A stretch of DNA of 62,862 nucleotides, the filler included, from Neolecta irregularis DAH-3 (taxonomy: Eukaryota): assembly GCA_001929475.1 (NCBI GenBank). It is 11 parts of 11 records of this genome, joined end to end, with 100 filler letters (N's around TTAATTAATTAA, not from the genome) between each part and the next. Parts side by side here need not be neighbours in the genome. Positions count along the whole stretch, not along the records: positions 50,159 to 57,461 come from LXFE01000667.1; positions 57,562 to 61,487 come from LXFE01004340.1; positions 61,588 to 62,862 come from LXFE01004341.1; 8 more parts are not named here. The stretch is one strand, 5' to 3'. Position numbers and translations under genes: made by a program. Position 1 is the stretch's first letter; every line of letters starts with the position of its first letter. Of the stretch, positions 52,081 through 62,862 are shown in pieces. The notes beneath the pieces were generated by a model. The model had not been told where the DNA came from. It did no database searches and saw only the letters and a program-made list of their open reading frames with translations.

Positions 52081-52676
52081 GCCATAGGAAACCCCAACTT
52101 GTGTCTAATTTCTATTGAGGTGCATTCGCCAGCCACCAAAAACGAAAAACTCGATATTCTAAACAGGATATTTTTGGGTGAAAATTAACATTTTGAGTAA
52201 TTATTTTTTGTTAACTCCTCAAGAACGCGTTTGCTGCCACTGCTTAGCTACAGTCATACAGCAGATGCAGAGTGCCTACAGGGTGTCTGTCATCTACAAG
52301 GCATATGGCCATGCCGGCTTCCCTTCTGGCTGAACATAAATGCCCAGTACATTCTCCATAACCTAGTTCTAGGAAGGTGTTATTTATCTACCTGGCGTTA
52401 CATAAGCAACAGCATATCAAAATAACCCGTCAGTTACAACCATTTAGATGTGGCAAGATACTTTACCGGATTCCCCCAAAGGAGTGTCTTACACACATTG
52501 CCTTGGTCAAGGAATTTTCAATAGTCAATTGAATCGATTAGAAAGTCATTCGGGTTTGATATTATCAATATATCAAAACTGTTTCCTATTGGGATTTAGA
52601 ACCAACTCTAGTTATGCCCTGAAAATGCTTGATAATATAAGAAACATGCAAACCTTTTGGCCTGTATATCTCCATT

Positions 52677-55273
52677 CTAAAAGGAAAACAATCCGCGCAG
52701 ATCAAACTCGTTTGTAGTGATGTTGAACTCCAGTACCAGATTCACGATCAAACTCGAAATGTAAATAAATATCAACCCCATCCCAATTTTTCTTGACATG
52801 CCATACTTTGGCACTACCATGAGTAATATCACCAGCGAAACCAGCAAACTTGTTGCAGAAACAACGAGATGTGGAGAAACTTCAAGATGGTATCCGTTTG
52901 AATTGCCAGGATGTTTAATGTTCATAAAGATACCCGAAGCACCAATTCCAATAAGAATATCTGTAAAGTTTTTAGCATCACGATAGAGACAAAAACGTAC
53001 TCAACATTGGCCCACCAAAACAAGCAGACATAGCCATCATCGGAAATCCCATTTTCGCAACGGTAACATTGGCAATAAGATCACCCAAACTATTTCCCTA
53101 TTTTCTTCAGCAAAATTTTCAAAACTAAATACCATTGCAAATACTGTTAACCCCAAAATTGCATCGCTGATATTCAGGATTATGCCCAACGCTTGTAAAA
53201 CGCCCACGACTTCATTGGCAATACTCGAAATCCAAAGTGTGCCAACAAAGAAACCAACATAGCTCAATAATCCGAGCCATCCAGGTTGACTCTTCGAATT
53301 GGTCAAAATTGCAATCAGCAACCAGCACATTGAACCCGACAACAAAGCATAAAGGAAAGGCAAAAGACGACCAGGAACTAAGAATTAATCAAACGATTAA
53401 AAATTCCATTCATACAAAATAGTAAGGCCAATAAGATGGGGATAGTCATGCTTTGCAAGGATACGAGCCATCTTTTCCAGGGTGGGGCCTTTTCTGATAT
53501 ACTGGGGAATGAAGACACATCGCTCTCGTCGCGATTCTCCAATACAGATGACGAGCCATCTTCAAAACCAGCCGCTACTGATCGACCATGATGACTGTGA
53601 ACTACGGGTACTGTTACTTTCAGAAGGAAGACCGTCGGCACAGCCATAACGGAAAGAAGAATTTGAAAAGGTGATTTCGTAGTTAAATTTTCGAGCGTAG
53701 GGAATAATGTGTAGATTATATCTGGAAGAGGTGATAGATATCCGTCTGGCCAGAAAGATGCTAGATGCTCGAGTCCACTTGGCGGAACGGCAGTGATAGT
53801 TTCTGGCAAAGCTGGAGAAATGGTGATATTTGGTATTGAATCCCAAGTACAAGACTCAGGCAAGGCGTTCAAAATTGTGGCATTCCGAGGAGTAACATTG
53901 TGCAACTTGGGCAGAAAATCCTTTCGTAAAGCATTGCTTATGTCGTGGGAAACAGGCGATTGAAGATGGTCGTGGTGGAACCCCGTCAATTCTGGTATTT
54001 CTTGAAATGATCTTGTCGGTTGTATAGCTGAAGCAGATAGACTTCTTTGACGAGATTGAGAACCTTCTGGAGATCGGCCGTTGACCAATTGCAGTCCCAA
54101 CCCCACATGTGGGCTATCGTCGATCTTCAGTGATGCTGGATGATCTTCAAAGGAAGAGCGATCATAAGAACGCGATTTTTGCAGTCGCAAAACATCACTA
54201 CTTTCTTGAGCCAGCCGGGTTACAATGGACCGAAACTAAAAACATTTACTACATGATACATTGTGAATCTCACCTCAAGTGCTCCAAGAAGTGAAGGTCG
54301 AATTGGTATTCGAGGTGAACATGACACGGAGGTCTCCTGCGATCGCATTATAGTCATCCTATGGTTGAGGTTTGTGTATTCTTCTTGTTCAGAGGGATCA
54401 TCGCGCTCTTGGTGTTCCAGATCCCCGATATCAGGTGCGAGAAGCCTCGTGTGTTCATCCAACTCTTCTGCTCCGTATTCGGTGCCAGGTGTAGCAAAAC
54501 GATTGCGAGATAATATTTCTGTTATTCGATGGGCTTTCTTTGTGGTTGAATACCACGAATCGCTTATAATGCTGACGACGTAAAGTGCATAGATCCCAAT
54601 CAAAGCAAAAGATTCCCATAAATGCAATATGCCATCAGAGATCATGACCATTGTAAAGAATGCGGCAACCATGAAAACGCCGACATCTCGAAAAAATTCT
54701 CGTTGAGCAACTTTAAAAGGTCGAACGATTGCCATTGATCCCAAAACTACAGCAACAATGAATGAAGCTGCACCAAGTAACTCTCCTACTGCTAATGACC
54801 CTCTACCAGCCTTCATCGCGGCAAATGTACTGAACACATCAGGTGCACCGTTACCAAAGGCAAGGAACGTCACACCAGCCTCATTTCGTCAGCATGGGTA
54901 AGGCGGACAATTGGATACGATGTTTTCTGAAATACCCAATGAATGCGAAATATATGCCAAATTTGGGCAGAAAAATTCAGACGCAGCTATTCCTATAGTG
55001 CTAAATAGAAGAGACAGCCATATCGCCTGTATGATTTAAAGTCGGCCTGTAGAGAAGAAAACATACCAAAAGCACAACCCCGGTAAACTTTGCGTTCTCC
55101 ATTCGGCAAAAATAAAAGTCCAGATAATTGAGATAACCAGCTGAATCCGAATTACAGATTTCGAGCTGTTTAGCGGCTGGTAGATTGTTCAATATTGAGA
55201 ACCCCGATGTAAACTGGATCAATAAACAGATGCAAATACAGAGCCATAGATAACGAGGACGCGAGTATGCCAT
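52677..55273 (-). CDS. cation/Ca2+ exchanger, CCX/NCLX (Ecm27-like) family, multi-exon
   Basis: GVTFLAFGNGAPDVFSTF (alpha-1) and LGLTVFAMGNSLGDLIAN...ACFGGPMLN (alpha-2). Confidence 0.95.
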
Positions 55274-55725
55274 GGCTGGTGTGTATAATCCTCGATATTC
55301 GGCGCCGGTGGACTTATGGCGGTGTTCCAGTTTAGCGATATTAAATGGAGACGTAAACTTGGACGATTGGCGTTCAGACTTCCAAATTAGACTATGCCAC
55401 CACATTAATACGTCAGGTGCAGAACGCTATTTTACATCTGTTCCGCGCGAAATATAAAATCCGCGAAACGTAAAGGGAAATAACCACCGCCACCACTACT
55501 ACTCCAACGCTTTGCTTATACCCATCTAGATGTCATCCGTGATCCACCTCTAAGAGAACCAGCAACACTAGTCACAGACAAGACTATTAAAGCTTTTAAG
55601 CAGTACCTGGAGAACTATGTGGCCAATTTGAAGAAACCAATCCTTTTCGATCAACTAAGGTACAATTGGTACATGCACTATCAAAACAAATCAGGGTTTG
55701 ATCAAAGGAACTGAAAACACAACAA

Positions 55726-57461
55726 TTACGACCTAATTATTCCCCGCTTATTCGCAAGGATTCTCGCCATATGCTTTTTCATCATGTAAAGGAACTCGAC
55801 AGGGTGCCTGTGTGCTTCTCCTGAGCGATATGGTATGTCCAGATGCGAATCTTGCAGTAATTCTATAATCCAAATACCAAAGAAGATATTTGAATCCAAT
55901 CCAAGAGCGACAAGCGTTGAGTCACCAACCGACAAATATAGAACGCCCTTATTCGCTGGGGGAATGCCCGGAAATTTCCAACTTGACTTTATCCTTGTTA
56001 ATTGTTGGTCAATAGCCAAAAAGGTTTCACTTGAAATAGAATTATGATCCTCCTTACCTATAATAAGTGTAACTCCAGTTGTGATGCAACTCGCGACTAG
56101 TAATATGGGCTGATGTTGAGTCTCTATTTCGGGTATCCAAAAAAATAGTACGTCTTCCGGGGGAGTTTTGTAAGTGTCATGGTCCCAGAGAAAATCCGAA
56201 GATTTGAAATAATTTTCAGAACCATTTTCCTGATAGTTTCTATTTCCGACTGCGAGTTCATTTGCGTCAAGGAAAAGAAGTTTCTTCTTGACATGCGCTG
56301 AACTATGAGCATACTGAATCCTCGCGAAACGATCGAAGATCTCTGCAGGAATTTCTGTTCGAGGGTTTGATAACGTTGAATACAGCTCTCTATATTCCTG
56401 TGGAATGGATGATGCTTCCGGTATTTTGATCTTGGATAGGCCCATCGAGTTTCTAATAGCCTCCGGTTTGTTCGTTGACTTGACATACAATTTCAAAAAC
56501 TCATCCAAATTATCGTCCTTGTTGTTTTTCGGTTTATTAGTATTCTTTTGCTTTAGGCGTGTTTTGGGTTTCCCGGGACCATCACTCTTGGACATATGAA
56601 CAGAAGCGGGCTTAACCAAGGAATTTTGCGGTTCCAAGAGGCCATGTGGCGCATTCGCCCCCGTGGATGTTTGACCGGAGAATATCAAAGAGTTTTGCAA
56701 TGTCTTTGGCTTTGACGACTCTGAAGAAGATAACTGTTGGGTAGATTCTGGAACTCTACCTTTATGATTTTTGCGCAATTTATGTGGAATCTTTTCAGCC
56801 GATGACTTGGGCTCAGACTTGGAAGATTTGTCATATTGAACAGAAGCGGGCTTAACCAACGAATTCTCCTGTCTCGCAACATTATTTCTTTGGTCCAAGT
56901 GATCATGTAGCACACTGACATTTCCTTCCGCGGATGTTTGGCCGGAGGATGTCAAAGAGCTTGGCAATCTTGCCTTTGGCTTTGGCGACTTTGAATTCGT
57001 ATCTTTTTGTGTAGATTTTTGAGCCTTACCTTTTTCATTTTCGCTCGATTTGTGTGGAATGTCCGTCGATGATTTTGCAGACAATATCTCAGACTTGGAA
57101 GATAGCGCAGATTGTTTCTCGTTAGTTCTGGATACGAATGATGCATTGGTCTTTGATATTGTCTTTGAAATCGTGACTTGCGAGACGGCCTTATTTGCAA
57201 AGGTGACTTTCTTTGCAAGAACCTTATTACGATCGTCATTGTAATCGTTTGTTGTGGATTTCGAAGTACCAATAGAGGATTTGGCAATAATTTCACTCCA
57301 CAAGGCATTGTTGTCCCTAGTGGTGTCGCCCCGTATAAATTGTGAGGTCGAGACTGGCTGGTGGATTTTATGTCTATTGACCCCTTCCCGGAGAGCATTC
57401 TTTGCATGGTTTTTATCAGAATTCTCTGTTGGATATTTCGGGGTGCTAGTAAGTATTTCAC
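55726..57461 (-). CDS. paralogue of 50159-52080, 5'-truncated
   Basis: First about 410 bp nearly identical to the other copy; shared DRFARIQYA, LFLDA, SSDFLW, GLDSNIF, EFLYMMKK. Confidence 0.8.
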
Positions 57462-57561
57462 NNNNNNNNNNNNNNNNNNNNNNNNNNNNNNNNNNNNNNN
57501 NNNNNTTAATTAATTAANNNNNNNNNNNNNNNNNNNNNNNNNNNNNNNNNNNNNNNNNNNN

Positions 57562-57633
57562 AGTCTAGCGGGTGGGTGCGGCAATTAAAGTTTGCTTATA
57601 TACCCTTAACCCTAACCCTAACCCTAACCCTAA
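57562..57633 (+). repeat. 66-bp terminal direct repeat (= 61422-61487) running into a telomere-type (CCCTAA)4-5 tract
   Basis: Exact match of the two scaffold ends; CCCTTAA(CCCTAA)4 at 57603-57633. Confidence 0.95.
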
Positions 57634-57672
57634 TAATTACCAGGGCTGGTAGTACGTACTCGCGCTCTGTTG

Positions 57673-59501
57673 CTACAGGTCGACGCCAGCCCCGCGGACC
57701 CGCGTCCAGAAATTATACTTGCCCGCCTGCACAAAGTATAGCGGTATCCCTGCGCCTCAGCCGCGTCCATGCCCGCCCATACCTGCAAGAATAAACCCAA
57801 TCCCTGCCGCGGATTCTATCGGCGCCGTCATGATCCCTTGGCTTACCAGAAACACCGCCACACTGCAAAATAGGAGAGGCGTCGTCAGCCATGTCTTGTA
57901 CGGCCTCGAGTCAGCTGGCAAAAACATTGAAACCACACCGCACAAGATCAGGCTCTTCATACCGCAGCACCACAACCCCCATCACTGTAACAAGGTAGAA
58001 TATCCATCCGCAAAGCCCGTAAAATGCACTGCCAACTTCAGCTCCCTTGTCACCGGAAAATTCTTACATTAGTCGCTTGAAATCACTGCAAACCAATATA
58101 ATCGCACTCGCGATCCCCGCATTGAACAAGAGCGCATTCACAGGCGTCTTGCGTTTCGAAAGGATCCCCAGCCGCACAGGAAGGTACCCTTCATGCGCCG
58201 CAATATATACGATTCGCGAACTGGTAAACGTCATCGAGCTAAGTGCTCCTAAACAACTCCCTGCTACCAGAATTGCAAAGATAAACCCCCCGGCTTCACC
58301 AAACACCTTCTTTCCAAAATCAATTGCAATCGTGTTTGTAGTTGTCATTGTTTGCGAGGGTAGTACAATGTAGTACGAGATATTTGCCAGGACATACGAT
58401 ACTTTGCGATGAGCCCAGGGTTATATGACTCGTACCAACTACAATAGCCTCGGAAATGTGGATCACTCTGCTTAAATCCCGGCTAGGATTCTTCATTTCC
58501 GCAGTAACGTAGTTCACCTATCCAATTAGGCTTTTATTTTAAAAACATACATTATCCCACCCGTCGTATGCCCAGAGACCAGCATATAATGCTATCGCGT
58601 ACTGCCCAAACGATCGACTCGATCCTTGAAATATATTACTCGAGAAGTTCTCGCTTACCGCGTTCCCGCGAATAGCTACAAAAACGCCCGTCCCCGTCAA
58701 AATCAAAAGCAGCAGTATCTTGAAATCAATCCGCAGAAAAGAGACCAAGTACCTTTATTACAAAAAACACATTATTTGTTCGTGTGCCGGAATTGGGCGA
58801 CCATGCATTGACTCCAGAGACGAAAAGGATACAAGTGACCGCGATAAACTTCTTCACCAAATTGGTCTCGACAGGTGGAAACAGCCGAAGCAAGTATTCT
58901 GCAAAGATAATTGCGATGATCGCCGCGCCACCTGGTTTCAAAGCCGTTATCGCGGTCCCTAGAAATATTAGCGCAGTCGTCATTAATACATACAACTAAA
59001 CAGAAATGACGGTAACGGGCCAAATATATGATGCAAATATGCCTTGAAACAGTAAGAACCCACAAACAGAGATACAAGAGATACCACTGGACCACCATTT
59101 AATGGTATTGCAGCTCCTAGTTCAGCATAACTAGCTGCACCTGTCCAAGCAAGTAACCCAGCAACAATCCAAACAATCAAAGAAACACCAACACTCCCCG
59201 AATTCAAAAAAACAAACCCCGTACTCGAAAATATCCCAGAACCAATTTGTAAACCTACGACCAGCGCCACGCCACTTGCAAACGAAACAGATTTTTCTTT
59301 TTCAAGACGAATTGATGTTGAGTTTATGTCTGTGCTACGGGAAAGTGGAATTAAATGGTCTTGAAAAGTTAGGGAATGGAACGATAATCGGCGTGATGAG
59401 ACTGAATCGCGAGCCGAAGGGGAAAAGTCTTCAGAGTCGTCTGATGACGAAGCAAGTGACCTAAAATCAGGGGAACCCCGCTCTTTATTTGAATTGACCA
59501 T
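57673..59501 (-). CDS. APC-superfamily LAT-type amino-acid permease (Mup1-like), multi-exon
   Basis: GLQIGSGIFS, SYAELGAAIPLNGG, LYAGLWAYDGWDN, EMKNPSRDL, SSRIVYIAAHEGYLP, RPYKTW, LAGIPLYF. Confidence 0.93.
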
Positions 59502-60837
59502 ACTGTCGTAAGTGGAAACCAAAAGGGGAGAGAAACTTTTACGATTTTTAAATATTGGAGAGTATGCCGATGGGAGTTGAAGGTTTGTCAGTTTTGAAAA
59601 CGAGCATGTTTTCTGTTTCACCAACCAAGAATCAATTGATAAACACACGACCTTTCAAACCAAAAGAAACATTGCGGGGGTACTATGATTTATTTGGAAT
59701 TTATATATTCTGGGGTTTATGGACTTTGGGTATTGTTAAAGCAATTGAACAACTAATTTCATAGATCGCCCCATCTTCATAAATACTCAATCGCAGTGCT
59801 GTACATTTCAGTTGATCATCCTGCAATAACCACCCCCTGTCTAATTCGATTTTCATCCTTGAAAAGTATCAGTGGGTTAAAGGATATCAGTACGTTGGTT
59901 CAGAACTAGTACCTTTATCAATCAGTCTAAATACCAAATTTAATTGAAAAACATCTATTTCTAATAATTAACCGGCGTTTCGATACCACGATAATTAAAA
60001 AGCAACAGAAGGAAAAATCAGACATCTGGATCTCGAAATGGAATATGTCAAGGGATAGATTTATTGTCAGTTCTGATTCGCGATACATGCTCGATCGTTT
60101 TTAGGACGATAAAAGGGGATAGAGCCACACATTTGTGAAATATATTTCGTCAATCTTAATGCAGATCTCGGATTACTTTCATGTGGTGATTTGGGAATCA
60201 CGTGTCGATACGATCCCTGAACTACGTACAATATCGCGTAGTGTGGATTTGCCTTGGCTCTTTTGAACGATAAGAGAGATACAATTTGTCGGTAAATCTG
60301 AATAATGCACAGAATTATAGTTCTTCTCCTTGTGGTCTTTTTATCGTCAAAGAGACGCTCAACTCGTCTCATTGTAGACAAAGTACAAGGAACTTGACTA
60401 CGTCACTCCTGTCGCGTGTGGCTTTGCACCGTGAAACTCCCGTTTGTGATTTCCGATCTCCGATCTAGGGCTTTTGTTCCGAAAAATGTTCGGCAATGGG
60501 ATTGAAACTACCCGATTTTGCATTCCCGCTCATGCTTCAGCATCGGAAACCTCGAGCTAGCTCTTGGATATACATTCAATAACCCATGAAAAACTTGGTC
60601 CAGATAGTGTTTTTCATTGCCGACAAACTGATTCCTTTTTTGACGGGGTTTACCCATAAAATAATTGATTTTTCGGCTGCTTTTATGGAAAGCGCTTCGG
60701 CATTCTCAACTATAAGGGTACTGGCTACCCTGACTGCAGGACCGTTGGCATTAAATACGACCTTACGCCCGCTGCTGAAGACTACTCTTTCAAACTTGAC
60801 CAGTTTGTTTCTTCCAGGATTATATCTCGTCCTCGAT

Positions 60838-61236
60838 ATGATCGCTGCAGACCACGTAAAGAAGTTGCAAAACAGTGAACGTGCCTATATTGCAGCTTCT
60901 CGTCGCACTGGCAGACCTTTACAGGAGCGTTTCAAGTCTGCTCATGGCGCTAGTCTCAAGGTGGTCCTGGCATTTGACTTTGTCATACTCATAATAGCAT
61001 TTCGAAAGAACTGGAAAGTGGCTTCGAGTTACTGAAGAATCAGTAGAAGCTGAAGATATCTATGAGGAAATAGATACCCGATACGAAGCTCATCTTGCTG
61101 CTTTACAATGTCAAAGGGAAGACTCGTTACAAGACGACTCGTTACCAGACGACTCGTTACTAGAGGAGTATGTACAGCAGGAGTTTGTACAGCAGGACTC
61201 TGTACAGCAGGATTCTGTACAGCAGGATTCTGTACA
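60838..61236 (+). CDS. conserved ascomycete hypothetical protein (AYIAASRR domain) with pentapeptide repeats; start uncertain, runs into gap
   Basis: ERAYIAASRRTGRPLQERFKSAHGASLK / HFERTGKWLRVTEESVEAEDIYEE after a 37-nt intron; resembles a motif I recall from uncharacterised ascomycete proteins. Confidence 0.65.
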
Positions 61237-61639
61237 NNNNNNNNNNGGCGAGATAGAGCGCATAGCTGCCCCCGGCCACAGGCAGCAGCACCGGCCCCGG
61301 GATCTGCAGTCAGCCTCCTGCGGCCAGCCGGGCACTGCCCACTGCAGAAACAGATACGCGCTCGCTCGCAGCAGCACAGACGCGGCAGCAGCGACACGCC
61401 CAGCCATTGCCGGGTGGTTGGAGTCTAGCGGGTGGGTGCGGCAATTAAAGTTTGCTTATATACCCTTAACCCTAACCCTAACCCTAANNNNNNNNNNNNN
61501 NNNNNNNNNNNNNNNNNNNNNNNNNNNNNNNTTAATTAATTAANNNNNNNNNNNNNNNNNNNNNNNNNNNNNNNNNNNNNNNNNNNNTAATTGATTGTTG
61601 ATTAAAAGTATTGAAGTGTTGAAAACAAAGAATCCATAC

Positions 61640-62575
61640 CACAGCGGGCAGGTCGAGATGAGGTTTATAGCGAGTGGTAACGGGCGAGAAGGGCGAGCGA
61701 TAACAGGTGAGGAGAACGAGTGATAACAGGCGACGAGGGCAGGCGGCAATGGGCAGGGAGGGCAAGCGGTAACGGGCGAGGAGTGCGGGGCGGGATGAGG
61801 AGGGTGGGCAGTAATGGGCGAGGAGGGCGAGCAATAACTGCGAGGCTGGCGGGTCGAGATGAGGTTTATAGCAAGTGGTAACGGGCGAGAAGGGCGAGCG
61901 ATAACGGGCGAGGAGAACGAGTGATAACGGGTGAGGAGGGCAGGCGGCAATGGGCAGGGAGGGCGAGCGATAACGGGGGAGGAGGGCGAGCGGTAATGGG
62001 TAAGGAAGGTAGGCGGTTGGAGGGAGGGGCAATAACGGCCAAAGACCGCAGAGGGATAATGGGAGAGGAGGGCAGGTCGGGATGAGGAGGGCGAGCGATA
62101 ACTGGCGAGGAAGGCGGGCGGCAATGGGCAAGGAGGGCGAGTGATAATGGGCGAGGAGGGCGTGTTGGGATGAGTGATAACAGGCGAGGAGTGCAGGGTG
62201 GGATGAGGAGAGTGGGCAATAATAGGCGAGGAGGGTGGGCGAAAACAGGCGAGGAGGGCAAGCGATAACGGGCTAGGAGTGTGGAGCGGGATCAGGAGGG
62301 CGGGCAGTAATGGGCGAGGAGGGCGGGCAATAACTGGCAAGGAGGGCAAGCAATAATGGGGCGGGCGATAATGGGAGAGGAGGGCAGGTCGGGATGAGGA
62401 GGGCGAGAGATAACCGGCGAGGAGGGTAGGGCGGGCTGGGAATACGAAGGGCAAGCGGTAATGAGAAGGGCGAGCGATAACTGGGGAGGAAGGTAAGCGA
62501 TAACGGGAGAGGAGGGCAGGTCAGGATGAGGAGGGCAAGTGATAACTGGCGAGGATGGCGGGCGGCAATGGGCGA
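61640..62575 (+). repeat. degenerate purine-rich minisatellite (about 22-bp unit GGGCGAGGAGGGCGAGCGATAAC) with higher-order duplication
   Basis: Dozens of variant units; same unit inverted at 28620-28935 and 23341-23408. Confidence 0.9.
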
Positions 62576-62599
62576 GTATATTGTCCTCACCCAAAAAAA

Positions 62600-62862
62600 A
62601 TGGATCACAACAGGCTTAATGCATTGTTTGTTCAATATCTTGAACAAGTCAGTGAATTTATCAGAGTTTACTATAACATTCATACTGCAAACCAACCTTG
62701 TCGGACCTCTTCACTCAGAGGAGCTGAGTATATTGCAGAGCTCCTGCAGCCAGGACAAAATCCAAGAAGGGTAAAGGAGGTACTTCGGATGGAAAGGCAT
62801 GTCTTTATTGAGTTAAGAAACTGGATGATAGAGCATGGAGTACTAAAGCAGCAGAAGAGTAT
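62600..62862 (+). mobile_element. PIF/Harbinger transposase N-terminus (runs off window)
   Basis: PCRTSSLRGAEYIAELL...NPRRVKEVLRMERHVFIEL matches the Harbinger N-terminal pattern TS-x-L-x-G...ELL...RM...F..L. Confidence 0.75.

Noticed and set aside
52209..52401. Possible solo LTR
   Set aside because: CA end and LTR-like composition but no clear 5' end or TSD
57630..57632. Permease stop codon overlapping the first telomeric repeat
   Set aside because: Rechecking the frame places the stop at 57673-57675
61120..61236. CRISPR-like array
   Set aside because: No spacers; in-frame coding tandem repeat in a eukaryotic gene
61532..62695. Long Pro/Leu/Ser-rich ORFs (also 28603-29643, 61029-61428)
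   Set aside because: Translations of stop-poor minisatellites

Overview
Eukaryotic (fungal) draft-genome sequence, not one contiguous locus. Eleven short scaffold pieces are joined by ten artificial 100-nt linkers (N44-TTAATTAATTAA-N44), and there are two internal 10-N gaps. Short (about 33-45 nt) introns, proteins close to fission-yeast homologues and TTAGGG-type repeats suggest an early-diverging ascomycete (Taphrinomycotina-like, possibly Neolecta; inference only). Recognisable conserved genes: glutamate-cysteine ligase modifier subunit, PGI1, GT25 glycosyltransferase, NAPE-PLD-like hydrolase, BTB and F-box proteins, FBP1, RPN7, a hybrid histidine kinase, an OYE flavin reductase, intron-containing tRNA-Glu(TTC), SLX1, BUD32, a HAD hydrolase, RPT4, condensin BRN1, COQ4, a CCX/NCLX Na/Ca exchanger and a LAT-type amino-acid permease. 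Between them lie hAT, Harbinger, Ty3/gypsy, MITE and solo-LTR remnants. Most notable items: (1) two inverted paralogous genes encoding signal peptide + propeptide + RR Kex2 site + a tiny Cys/His peptide (DGCLHCK, EGCLHSRSDKTD), flanking COQ4; (2) two inverted paralogues with near-identical 5' arms and divergent Ulp1-like pseudo-protease C-termini, flanking the Na/Ca exchanger (possible invertible or gene-converted cassette); (3) at least four secreted PAN/Apple-like proteins, one with a C-terminal NLS and one fused to an Ulp1-like domain, suggesting an effector-like family; (4) a 3.9-kb scaffold that closes on itself at a (CCCTAA)n tract; (5) GC-AG introns with non-consensus donors; (6) an unassigned structured ncRNA candidate. 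All domain calls are by eye; no database search was run.
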